A stretch of DNA of 64,000 bases from Tetramitus jugosus (GCA_937625935.1 OW569389.1:124001-188000); one strand, 5' to 3'. Shown: positions 1-9,900, numbered from the stretch's first letter. A program made the numbers and translations. Notes: a model not told the origin generated them from the letters alone.

Positions 1-705
1 TGCACCTCACCAGTGTTGTATAGATCGTACAACTTCTGCTATGTGGAGTGTTCCACTGCGTACCTGTGCATGAAAACATTCCAACTTCCTGTCTATACCA
101 TGAGGGTATTTGAGGAAGCTAAAATCTGTACCACTATTGTTTGCTGCCCGCCAACGTCGGTGGTTGTGCTTCTTGCACGGTCCACCATGATTGCTCGGGC
201 AGCAATCTCTTTCTTGACTTTCTTGAACACCTCGGAGGTGTTCAATACTAGCTCGAGGATTGCTCTGTTACGAGCATCCTCATCAATGGTGTTGTTGGTT
301 GGCTCTTGGGTGACCGTAGTTGGAGTGGCGGGATGGGACTCCGGCATGATCGACTCCCAGTCATCGGTCGTAGACGGAGTCGAAGGTTCGAATTCGGAGA
401 TTCGCTCCGGCGTCCTTGGAGACGGGGATGCGAGGGGAATCCGGTTGACGGAAGCCATATCTTTTAACACACTGACTTGTTGTCTTTAAATGTTGTCATC
501 AACAACAGTTACCCACGCAACAAACCTCTTGGGGCCCTTCTTGATGACTTGGACCCTGGTGAGGAAATCACCAAAATCCAAGCCAATCTTCTTGGCCAAG
601 GCAGCCTTGGGGGAGTCATCACACTTTCCAGTGATGATGACCTCCTTGTTGCTTGGCGCAGTTCCTCTTGGTGCTGTGGTCCACACATTGAATTCCTTCG
701 TGCAC
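1..705 (-). mobile_element. 5'-truncated, internally deleted non-LTR retrotransposon copy inserted 38 bp upstream of tRNA-Glu; runs off the window start
   Basis: Minus-strand 486-705 encodes VWTTAPRGTAPSNKEVIITG...FVAWVTV, matching ORF1 at 56897. Segment 93-470 has NRAILELVLNTSEVFKKVKKEIAA, matching NRQILEQVNATSPVFARVKKEIAA of that ORF1. Segment ~1-145 reads DFSFLKYPHGIDRKLECFHAQVRSGTLH, matching the ORF2 C-terminus at ~6555-6640. Confidence 0.88.
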
Positions 706-826
706 TGCGAATCTGATATATCCCCTAAGGTGAATCTAATATATCCCATATAGTCTAGTTGGTTAGGATACATGGCTCTCACCCATGAGACCCGGGTTCG
801 AGTCCCGGTATGGGAGTTTTTGTTCC
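706..826 (+). repeat. Left arm of a 121-bp perfect inverted repeat (38 bp 5' flank + tRNA-Glu + 10 bp 3' flank); partner at 2638-2758
   Basis: Base-by-base reverse-complement identity with 2638-2758. Confidence 0.93.
744..816 (+). tRNA. tRNA-Glu (anticodon CTC)
   Basis: Cloverleaf: TCCCATA/TATGGGA acceptor stem, CATGG-CT-CTC-AC-CCATG anticodon arm, GGTTCGAGTCC T-loop/B box. T5 Pol III terminator at 817-821. Confidence 0.97.
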
Positions 827-954
827 TCTATCTTGGATAGAATGGAATTGAAACCTGTTTACATGTCTGTGATTACGGTTGCAGTGGATGCCCTGGGTAC
901 CCTTTTTCTTGGTAGAAGTATCAAGAAATGCTTTGAAATAAAGCTCTATCCGGG

Positions 955-1700
955 TCACTCGAGAACATTAAAGTGCTTTACATCCGCATCATCTTGAATC
1001 TCTTGCAGCTCCTTCATAACGTCTTGGTTGCCTGTGACACACGAACCAGAAAAAGAAAGGTTCTGAATAATTTCTGGTATATTATCATCATCCAATTCGC
1101 CATCAAGAATCACCAGAGATTCATCAAGCTCTGTTCTAGCCTTCTTTGCAGACGAGTCTCCACTATCTTCATCTTCTCTTAATCGCTTGATAGGACTTGC
1201 ATGTAATACAGAACTTGATACTTTGGAGGCTGATTGTTCCTTGGCTTGACACTCTTGTTCGAGAAGCTTGAGCTCATCTGCAATCTGGGAGATGTAAACT
1301 TGCTTGAACTCTTCCACTGCGACTCTCTTGTTTGCAACATTGTGAAGAGTGATACCAGGCTTGTTGGACTTAACTCTTCACACTTTCTTTCAGTTGAACA
1401 TGTTGCTCCTTCTTTACTGGGCATCGTTGCCATTCACACTTACCATCACATTTTATTGGTACACAGATTTTCGAATGACCAACGGCTTGCGGTTTGTGGC
1501 ATTTACTGCAGAATCTTGAACCGTTTGAGACTAAACTGTTATCATCTTGTTTTTTTGTGAATTATTATCTGCTGTCGATGATGATTGAGTTGGTGATTGT
1601 AGTGGTGATTGAGGTGGTTGAGTTTGTGATTGTGTTGATGAATGAGATGAAGAAGTAGCTGGTGATGGAGTAGAAGATTGAGTAATAGTTGTTTTACTAT
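955..1700 (-). pseudogene. Frameshifted gene remnant with Ser/Thr/Gln-rich N-terminus and Cys/His-rich segment, divergent from the transposase
   Basis: Broken minus-strand frames, including RFCSKCHKPQAVGHSKICVPIKCDGKCEWQRC and ORFs 955-1317 and 1179-1433. No family recognised. Confidence 0.3.
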
Positions 1701-1845
1701 GTGATGATTGATTAGTCAGTGGTTGATGTTGAGCTGACCAGTGCAGTCCTGAAATCTAAAATGAGTTGCCATGAGTTGTCTTGTTGTTTTTTCAATACGA
1801 CTTTCTTTTTGGCGGTTCAATTGTGCAGTGTTCAATAAACAAAAC

Positions 1846-2374
1846 ATGTCGAGAGGGCCACATAGGAGGAAGTCACCTGAACAACTGAAAACAACTGTTG
1901 ACTACTACAAACTACGATTCGCAGCAACACGTTCATTCATGAGAGGGATGCCAATGAATGAAGTTGTTGATATCTTCAAAGTTAGTGTTGGGCAGGTAAA
2001 GAATTGGATGAGGAAGCTAAAGGATCCAACTTTTCATTCAGGCAGGCATGGTGGATTTAGATGGTGTAAGTTGACAAGTCAAGACAAAGCTCATCTGTAC
2101 ATGCTTGGAAAACTGTACACACAGTCATCATTACAATCAATAGCAACTGTGCTTCAAAAGCTTACAGGAACCAAATGTGAGTACATTCACAATTTGCAGA
2201 TTCTATCAAAGTCTGGGATGGGGGTTCAAGAATGTCGAGTACAAACAAAAGTTAAAGTATACTGTGCAGAATGTGGATAGATGGTTTAATCACGTCAGAG
2301 GTATGCCTGAATTGGTGAAGAAGTATGGAATGAATAATATCAAGTACCTCGACGAAGGACATTTGGTGTTCTAA
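1846..2374 (+). pseudogene. IS630/Tc1/mariner-like transposase remnant (frameshifted, truncated)
   Basis: HTH-like MNEVVDIFKVSVGQVKNWMRK, second HTH SLQSIATVLQKLTG/VSTFTICRFYQSLGW across a frameshift at ~2177, then IKYLDE (first Asp of DDE), then a stop. Confidence 0.7.
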
Positions 2375-2647
2375 TTTGTGTGAAAAAACTTGACTCTAAC
2401 CAACAATAGAAGGTACCGGCTACATTGATTAGTTAAGGGGAATAGGTGATTTTTTTGGGTGTGACTAGTAAAGCTTGAAAATAGCGACTCATAAGAAGTT
2501 GATTCTAGAGTAATTGAGGTCTTATCACTTTGATGTTCTAGATAGTGCCCAAATTCATTCGGCCATATTGGCTATCCCCATGAGTTTCGTCAATGAATAC
2601 AGAGAACAGGTAAAAAAAGAAATGCAATTAACGTTCCGGAACAAAAA

Positions 2648-2720
2648 CTCCCATACCGGGACTCGAACCCGGGTCTCATGGGTGAGAGCCATGTATCCTA
2701 ACCAACTAGACTATATGGGA
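2648..2720 (-). tRNA. tRNA-Glu (anticodon CTC), identical to 744-816
   Basis: Exact reverse complement of 744-816; T5 terminator at 2643-2647. Confidence 0.97.
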
Positions 2721-2759
2721 TATATTAGATTCACCTTAGGGGATATATCAGATTCGCAA

Positions 2760-2778
2760 GGCATATCGAAAGAAAAAA
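2760..2778 (+). repeat. Target-site duplication GGCATATCGAAAGAAAAAA, left copy (right copy 7224-7242)
   Basis: 19-bp direct repeat flanking the element. The right copy follows the poly(A) tail directly. Confidence 0.92.
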
Positions 2779-2794
2779 GAAAAAAAAAAAAAAA

Positions 2795-5500
2795 ATGGAA
2801 ACAAATGCAAACATTCCATCCTCTCCGGGGGCAAGGGAGTACTCGCGTGACGGGTACGCAGTATGGACAGTACAGAACATTGGAAGTAGCATCAACAAAA
2901 AAGAAGTCGTGATCAAGGGTACACAGTGCCATAACACAGCACCAACAATTGCAAGAATGATTGGCTCAAGGTACAAGGAGTGGGTTACTCGTGCACATGT
3001 CAGAAGATGGGAGAAAGGCCAGTTTATTGCGTGGGTGAACGTGAAGGACGATAAACTCTATGAGTTTGCTGAGATGTTCAATGAGTCAAGAAGAATCGCA
3101 AACGCTCATGCATCCATCAAGAGAGGTCTTGACTCGGAGAAAAAACTTGTGGTTCACAAGGTCCTCGGCAGGTCAAAGGACGACATCGCTAAACTCATTG
3201 GAGAGGATAGAGTACATCACGTGGAAGTTAAGGGCAGCACAGCATTTGTCACGATGACATCCCAGTCATATGCTCATGCTGTCATTGGAAACAAGCGGAT
3301 TGGAGCAGAGATTAGCCCATATGTCCAGAGAAATCAAGATCCAATGAAACTAATGTCCAAGAAGATGCAAAGGATCACAGATTCCTTAAACAAGCAGATG
3401 GACGAGCTAAAGAGAAGAGTTGCACAACTGGAAACGAGCCTGAAGAAGGTTATGAACAAAAAAAGGAGTGGAAAAGTACATAAACCAAGGAGAGGAGAGC
3501 TTCAAAGAGTAGATGAAGTATCTGTTGAGTCACCAGACGATGACATTGCAATGCTAGAAGATGAAACAATCTCTGAACAAGATGGCTCAGACGCTGGAGA
3601 ACAAACTACTAGCGTTGCACCACCCGAGTTGGTAGAAGAAATGAATGTTGACGAGCCAATGGTACTCACAACTCCGGAAATAGAGCCACTAAGTGTTGAA
3701 GTAATAGGGGAGGGCACTACGATAGTTCAGGATCCAATACCTATGGGTGAAAATGAGAACACTGAAGCCCAGCTGCTTGAGGAGAGGAGGAAAATGTTAG
3801 TGAGAGCGAGAAGAGAGAAGAGACGGGAGCGCGCACTCTCAGATAGCCAACATTACAAATCAATCGGGGCTACGATTAGCAAATACGCTGTCCAAGGAAA
3901 GTTCATTTTAGGAGGTGATCATAATGCCGTTACAGCTGCTACTGACCGGTCCTCGAACAGAGTAGACGAAAACACGCCATTACTGCTGCAAATGTTGAAG
4001 GAGAACAACCTGTGTGACACCAATGAGGTAATGGGAGTAGAAAGATTCCATACATTCTTCCGCAGGAAGTCCTCGTCGAGAATAGATTCAGTATGGTGCA
4101 ACCAAGCAATAATAGAAGCAATTGACAAGGTAGAAATGTTCACATCCAATGGTGTACATAGCGATCATGTCCCTACTTTAGTCACGATAAAAGCCAGAAC
4201 TGGCACAAATACTGTGTATAGTGGAACGATGTTTAAGTTCCCCAAGGACAAGAAAGACCCTAGATGGGTCCATTATGGTAAGGAGCTCATCAGGGAGCTA
4301 GAAGGGAGTAGTGTAAGTGCAATAGAGGATGTAAATGAGCAGTGTCAAATTATAACATCCTCTATCATCAAACATGCTAAAGTGTTTGAAGTGGAAAGAA
4401 CAGTGAAGATGTGGAGCAACAATCGAAAAGTCAAGAGGTTGTTGAAAAACAGAGAAGTGCTGATTCGATACCTGTCGGATCGAAGATGGAGCAGTGCATT
4501 AGAAGCAGTGTGTGGATGGGAAATTGTCGGCTCTCGCAATGACAGAGCATGGGCTGCGATGAAACTTACTAGCGAGTCCTTGCACAGAGAGAGAGTACGC
4601 AAAGCCAATCAAAAGTTTAGAAAGTGGGAATGGAAGGCAAGAACATCCGAGTTCATTGATCCGTCCACCTTCTTCTCGGCATCTACCGCGAAGAAGAGCT
4701 CTCGAGTAAGGCTTTCTAGAGTGAAGAAGAATGGAATAGAGTACACAGATGAGGTCACAGTGGGTAACTTGGCTGCGGAGTACTTTGAAGGTGCCTTCTC
4801 CTCTGAGGTTGCCAACATGGATTATCTAAGAGCGTTAAAAAGTGATGGGCACAGAGCAACAATACACGAAGCATTCACCCCTATCACTACAGAGGAAGTT
4901 AGCAAAGCCATTGGTTGGCTAAGAAACCGTAAATGTCCCGGTGTTGACAAAATACATAATGAAATGCTGAAAGTCCCCATCACAAAAGAACGTGACTACA
5001 GGTATGATCTCTCAGAGATCCTTGCTGATTTCTTTAACAATATCACCAGACAAGGGATCTTTCCCAAAATGTGGAAAGAGGGGATAATTATCCCAGCATT
5101 CAAGAAGGGAGATACTTCTAATCCTGCCAACTACAGACCAATCTGTCTGTTGAGTACCGTATCAAAGCTGTACACCAAGTTAATCAACAGCAGGATCTCC
5201 AAGGCTGCAGAGACCGGTGGAATCTTCTCAAACGTGCAAGGCGGAGGCAGAAGGTTCAGGGACATTAGGGAAAAGCTTTCTATAATCAGAGGTGTCATTG
5301 ATCACGCCAATCGGAACAACAGACAACTGTTTCTGTTGCTGACAGATATATCAAAAGCCTTCGACTCGGTTCCTCACAACGCAATCCGGTCTGTCTATGA
5401 ATTTTTCGAGTTCCCGGACAACATCGTGCTCAGCGACGTGAGCAGCCAAGGCGATGTCAGAGGTGCTATCGTTTCTTCGCATGTCGATGCACCCCGATAA
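2795..5500 (+). CDS. In-frame fusion of retrotransposon ORF1 (RRM-like + coiled coil) with the C-terminal half of the APE endonuclease and N-terminal RT
   Basis: ORF1 homology up to ~3850, then HYKS...GKFILGGDHN...RIDSVW...SDHVP. The N-terminal EN motifs (WYNIRG, LQET) seen at 8134-8250 are absent. RT homology breaks off after DISKAFDSVPH. Confidence 0.85.
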   Translation: METNANIPSSPGAREYSRDGYAVWTVQNIGSSINKKEVVIKGTQCHNTAPTIARMIGSRYKEWVTRAHVRRWEKGQFIAWVNVKDDKLYEFAEMFNESRRIANAHASIKRGLDSEKKLVVHKVLGRSKDDIAKLIGEDRVHHVEVKGSTAFVTMTSQSYAHAVIGNKRIGAEISPYVQRNQDPMKLMSKKMQRITDSLNKQMDELKRRVAQLETSLKKVMNKKRSGKVHKPRRGELQRVDEVSVESPDDDIAMLEDETISEQDGSDAGEQTTSVAPPELVEEMNVDEPMVLTTPEIEPLSVEVIGEGTTIVQDPIPMGENENTEAQLLEERRKMLVRARREKRRERALSDSQHYKSIGATISKYAVQGKFILGGDHNAVTAATDRSSNRVDENTPLLLQMLKENNLCDTNEVMGVERFHTFFRRKSSSRIDSVWCNQAIIEAIDKVEMFTSNGVHSDHVPTLVTIKARTGTNTVYSGTMFKFPKDKKDPRWVHYGKELIRELEGSSVSAIEDVNEQCQIITSSIIKHAKVFEVERTVKMWSNNRKVKRLLKNREVLIRYLSDRRWSSALEAVCGWEIVGSRNDRAWAAMKLTSESLHRERVRKANQKFRKWEWKARTSEFIDPSTFFSASTAKKSSRVRLSRVKKNGIEYTDEVTVGNLAAEYFEGAFSSEVANMDYLRALKSDGHRATIHEAFTPITTEEVSKAIGWLRNRKCPGVDKIHNEMLKVPITKERDYRYDLSEILADFFNNITRQGIFPKMWKEGIIIPAFKKGDTSNPANYRPICLLSTVSKLYTKLINSRISKAAETGGIFSNVQGGGRRFRDIREKLSIIRGVIDHANRNNRQLFLLLTDISKAFDSVPHNAIRSVYEFFEFPDNIVLSDVSSQGDVRGAIVSSHVDAPR

Positions 5501-7094
5501 ACTTGAACTCTATGTTCGACAATTTGATGAGGATGGAGCCCACGATATAGAGGTAGATGGTACTGTTGTCCAGGCCCGAAACAGTGGTCATGGGTTCAGA
5601 GCACTGGGTCTCTTCACCAACCTGAAAGGTGACACGAAACAACAAGTGGTTCAAGCGTGGAACAAATCACAAAGAGTAGTGAACCGACTGAAGATGATGA
5701 AGCTGACACCGCGACAGGTGGCAAGGATCGTAAACACCTGTATACACCCTATCTTCAAGTACTCGTCAGAATTCACCGACTGGACTGCTGGGGGACTTCT
5801 CAGAGTGAACAGACTGGGAAGGATGCTGGTCAAACATGGCTCAAGAGCGATGTCACAGTTTCCTTCCGAGTTACTGTCGGTCAGTAGCGATCGTGGATCA
5901 GTGGGTCTCAATGACATAGAGGAAACTATAACCGCACAAACCGCCTGGTTTATTGGATCAATGGTGTCTGGTAAGAGGGACACGGAAGCGAAGCAGTTGC
6001 TGCTTGACACGCTTGAGGAAATCAAGCACACACAAACATTCCAAAATGAGAATGTCTTCCAGTCAAGCAACCGCCTCGAGTACGTCAAGAACACTTACCT
6101 TAAGTGGTGTGCACAAAGGATGCACACCCAAGGCATTACACTTAACAATGGGTGCATCCACCGCAATTGTGACGATTGTAACATTGCCCGGTATGTTCCA
6201 ACAACTATTCTCAAGAAGCTGTTCAAGGGTGGAATCACTAACAGAAATCAGCTGATGGTTGGTGTGAGAGTCATGAGTTTAAAGGAGATCAAAAACAAGT
6301 TCCCAGGATGCAAGATTGGACCAAGGTCTCATGAGTTGTTGACAATAATGGTGTCACAAATGAATGAATGTGAGTGCATTTCGACGTTAGAGACTAACGC
6401 CAGAGTCTCTGTAGAGCAAACTTTGATGATAGGACAATATCCCGTCGAGAGCAGAGAGCAAATACAGTTGCGAATGGAGCATCAGAGACTTTGCAGGATT
6501 AAAGAGATTGATGGTCTGTGGTGGTTACAAGTTGAAGCGATGGATGGTGGGGTGGACTTTAGTTTTCTAAAGTACCCCCACAAGATTGACAGAAAGCTGG
6601 AGTGGTTCTATGCACAAGTGCGCAGTGGTACTTTGCACACTCGAGAAGTCATGAGAGTATTGTATGGAAAAAATGAAGCTCCAACCGTGTGTGAAAGATG
6701 TAACAAGGAGTCGGAGACTATTCTACATTGTCTCATTCGCTGTCCACGAGCCATATTGACTAGAAGAAGACTGGCTATGTCGGTGGGTGATGAACTGAGT
6801 GGTCTGGGAGTCCACCCAAAACACAAGATAGACCTATGGTTCGACTCGGTGTGTTGGAAAGGAGGTAAGATGAGTGTGCAACCAAACCGAAAATCGAGCA
6901 AAGAGTTCCTCCTAGGTATGATGGGTGTAGAGAAGGAAGCAGTGGATCAAATTATGAGAGGGATGAGGAAGAACGGAATCAAGAAAGATATTGCGGAAAA
7001 GAGAGCCAGAACATTTGTGAACAAGGTGAAAAGGAGGTGCGTCGAAACCCTTCACCAATTGTACACCTCCTATAAGGAAGGAACAAAACAATGA
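5454..7094 (+). CDS. C-terminal part of retrotransposon ORF2 (late RT/thumb + zf-RVT CCHC)
   Basis: MSMHPDK and FRALGLF (RT motifs 6-7), WFYAQVRSGTLHT, CERCNKESETILHCLIRCP. No YADD-type motif in either frame. Confidence 0.85.
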   Translation: MSEVLSFLRMSMHPDKLELYVRQFDEDGAHDIEVDGTVVQARNSGHGFRALGLFTNLKGDTKQQVVQAWNKSQRVVNRLKMMKLTPRQVARIVNTCIHPIFKYSSEFTDWTAGGLLRVNRLGRMLVKHGSRAMSQFPSELLSVSSDRGSVGLNDIEETITAQTAWFIGSMVSGKRDTEAKQLLLDTLEEIKHTQTFQNENVFQSSNRLEYVKNTYLKWCAQRMHTQGITLNNGCIHRNCDDCNIARYVPTTILKKLFKGGITNRNQLMVGVRVMSLKEIKNKFPGCKIGPRSHELLTIMVSQMNECECISTLETNARVSVEQTLMIGQYPVESREQIQLRMEHQRLCRIKEIDGLWWLQVEAMDGGVDFSFLKYPHKIDRKLEWFYAQVRSGTLHTREVMRVLYGKNEAPTVCERCNKESETILHCLIRCPRAILTRRRLAMSVGDELSGLGVHPKHKIDLWFDSVCWKGGKMSVQPNRKSSKEFLLGMMGVEKEAVDQIMRGMRKNGIKKDIAEKRARTFVNKVKRRCVETLHQLYTSYKEGTKQ

Positions 7095-7242
7095 TGCCCT
7101 GCGGGCACCATTGTTAGAATTAAGAAGTAATGGAGGAGATAACGCTCTTTGAGCGTTATCCATTGTAAATATTCAGATAATAAAACAGAGCAACCAGCTG
7201 GTTGTATTAAAAAAAAAAAAAAAGGCATATCGAAAGAAAAAA

Positions 7243-9240
7243 CGATGTCAAACACACAAGTACAGGCGGTGGTGATACGTCGCAACCACTGTTCAGTGTG
7301 GTCGCTTATCAGAAAGAAGCAGCTGCAAAGACCAATGAAATTGTCATTAGTGGCAACTGCAACGGTCATTCAAGAGCGCAAGTCAACAGAATTGGAGAGA
7401 GATTCCTAGAGCAAAAAATGATGTTGTGATTGTTGGAGGAGCCAAGTCGGCGCTTGCGGAAATCGAAAAATGGGCGGGAAAAGAGAACATAAATGGAGTA
7501 GAGATGCGCGGAAACTCTGCGATTGTATCCACCAAGGGTCCGACTTATGCACAGGTGATGATGGAGAAGCAGCCCTTGGAGAACACAAGAGTAAGACCAT
7601 TTGTTCACCGAGAGCCTGATAGAGCGCTACAGATGAAACACTCTATGGCATCACTTCAGCAGCAACTCAACGACATGACTGACAGGTACAGAATGTGTAT
7701 GAAGGACATCCATGCACTTAAGAGAGAAGTCTCTAAGTTGAACGGGTTGTTCAAAGGGTTAGCAAAGAGCTCAACAGCTAGAAATGAACTACCAGCTCGC
7801 CAGAGTGAACCAATAGTTCAACAGAGTGAACCAATACAGCAAATTGAACCACCAATTCAACAGAGTGAAGATATTGGAGAAACCGAGATCCGGACAGAGT
7901 GTTCTCACCGATTGAGGGGATTCAAGAAGAGTCGTCAGACAGCAATCACTAAGATGTTCCCTAATTTGAAGACTCCTGAAAGGCGAGGTAAGAAGAGGGA
8001 CGCCGAAGAAAATGAGAGGGAAGAGGAACCCAACAGAGTTCATTCATGTATCTGCTACACCAAAGGGCACAGTTCATGTTCACAAAACTGTACCGGCAGT
8101 GATCATAGAACACGAGAGCGACAGTGACTTTGAATGAGTATCGCAGTAATGTGGTACAACATTCGGGGCATAAGGAGAAAGCGCAATGACATCATTGCTT
8201 TACTCCAATCTTGCCCCTAAGTCGACGTTCTAATGCTACAGGAAACTGAGTGTTCGAACGCATCAATTATTGAGTCCTTCAGGAGACAACTTGAGATGAA
8301 TGGATGTCTTCTGGTGAACAATAAGCCCGAGGACAGGGTTTTGTCCATCATCAAAATTGAGAGAGTGAAGGAGCATAGAGTTTTGTACAATGACGAAAGA
8401 ACACAGGTGATTCAAATCGCTTGTAATGAATTAGGGATCATCTTGGTGAACCACTATGGTCCTCACAAAGGCACTGAAGGAGTTGTCCATTACAAGAATC
8501 TGATTGAAGTTCATAGAGGAGTGGAATGCCAAGGAAAGTTTGTATTAGGAGGAGACCACAACACGGTTTCAACATCAGTGGACATAAGCTCAAGAATATG
8601 GATCCTAATAGCAGTCATGTCACTGTATATGTATCTGCGAGGTTTCTCCTCCGTTCTGGGATAACCAGGAACTCACTGTTTGATGACGATGGTGTCATGG
8701 CAATAACATACGAAGAGGTGAAGAAAAGGTTCAAAATGAAAGGAATCGGACGAGTCAAGTAGATGAGAATACGGGCCTATATGGAACTTCTCGGCAAGCC
8801 GTGTGATGAGACATTTCTTGCAAGACGAAGAGTGCAGAGAGAATTGGTTGTAACGGTGAAGGATGCTAGAATTGACAATCCTAACAGAAAGTTTAAGAAG
8901 GCTAGAGTTGAGGCAATTGCAAATAAGAATTGGTTGGAATCTGAAATGTCGAAGGAAAAGGAATGGAACCACTTTTTGAGTCCATTCGGCCTAGAAAGGA
9001 AAGAACTTTGGTTCTATCATCAATTCAGGAGTGGTACACTTCACACTAAGATGATGATGAGGATATTGTACAATACCAGTTTAGATGAAAAGTAAACTGT
9101 GGTGCTGCACCGGAGAGCATATTACATTTGTTGGTGGAGTGTGACGATGCCATTATAGCTAGAAAGAAACTCGTAGAAGAGATAATAAATTGGATAGATT
9201 AATGCTACCTGACAGGACTGATCGGAATCATGACTCACTG
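7243..9240 (+). mobile_element. Older degenerate copy of the same retrotransposon family, stacked directly behind the TSD
   Basis: Frameshifted ORF1 (SVWS...EIVISGNCNG; 7426-8127 RRM/coiled coil). ORF2 starts at 8134 with MSIAVMWYNIRG...(stop at 8218)...LQETE...GGDHN. A deletion then joins to the C-terminus WFYHQFRSGTLHT...ILHLLVEC. Confidence 0.85.
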
Positions 9241-9900
9241 CAGTGTTGTATGGAAAAAAAATTTCCTCGAGGAGCCAAAGCCCGGGTCTGAGAGAGCAAG
9301 GACAGCCGGTACAAGGCAATTGCAATGAAATTCGAAGGATGGTTGATGAGAGTGCAAGTCACAAGAGGGGCAAGGAGAGATTTATCGTTTGGGCAAATGT
9401 CAAAGAGTTGTATGAATTTGTTGAAATGTTCAACAAAGAAGGTGGCAGCGGAAACAAATGCAGTCGCCATAATATGCTCAAGCCGTCATGGAGACAAAGG
9501 ATAAAAAGAATGGATTTGTTAGCAAGTATCAAGAAAGTTTATTGACACACAAATGGTCAACAGACCATTCAGAAAGAGAATGTACATGATGAAAGACGAA
9601 CTTATGGAAATGATCGGGAGCCTGAAGAGAAAAGTCAGCACTCTGGAAGAAACATTTAAGGAACTATCCAGTGACAGACACAAGAAAGGCAAGCGTGGTT
9701 CAAGTAAAAATGACCTTGAAAAGCAAGAGGAATGCAAGGATCAACCATGGATTTAAGCAATGACGCGGAACCTTCCACACCAACTAGGAGAAGCAAGGAG
9801 TTGGTGCGGCTGAGAGCAGACTCAGCCCAGAGGGAAAGATTCATCACCAACGTTTTGAAGAGTACACTTGAAAAGCACTGACACCTAAAAACAAAAACGG
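9240..9900 (+). mobile_element. Third stacked, degenerate ORF1 remnant
   Basis: RGKERFIVWANVKELYEFVEMFNKE and KRMYMMKDELMEMIGSLKRKVSTLEE match ORF1 at 2795 and 56897. Confidence 0.75.

Larger units (their letters stand above)
2779..7223 (+). mobile_element. Non-LTR (L1/TRE-like, APE-RT-zf) retrotransposon with both termini, poly(A) and TSD, 58 bp upstream of tRNA-Glu; internally deleted
   Basis: 19-bp TSD, AATAAA at 7179, poly(A) at 7209-7223. Contains ORF1, APE motifs GDHN/RID/SDH, RT motifs PGVDKI, YRPICLL, DISKAFDSV, and the zinc knuckle CERC...HCLIRC. Confidence 0.95.

Noticed and set aside
486-782. ORFs 486-782, 2514-2912 and 56620-56829 sharing or overlapping odd peptides such as MYPNQLDYMGYIRF
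   Set aside because: These are translations through tRNA genes and their duplicated flanks, not protein homology. Only the part of 486-705 beyond the flank is retro ORF1.
2721-2778. Idea that the tRNA is the 5' head of the retroelement (SINE-like)
   Set aside because: The tRNAs point away from the elements and, where TSDs are visible, lie outside them. Two different isotypes are involved.
2795-5500. Native single-ORF autonomous element
   Set aside because: The EN N-terminal motifs and RT catalytic motifs are missing, and the older copy shows a separate ORF2 start, so the fusion results from deletion.
7800-7870. CAGAGTGAACCAAT tandem-like repeats
   Set aside because: Short 21-bp coding repeats (QSEPI) within degenerate ORF1, with no spacer structure.
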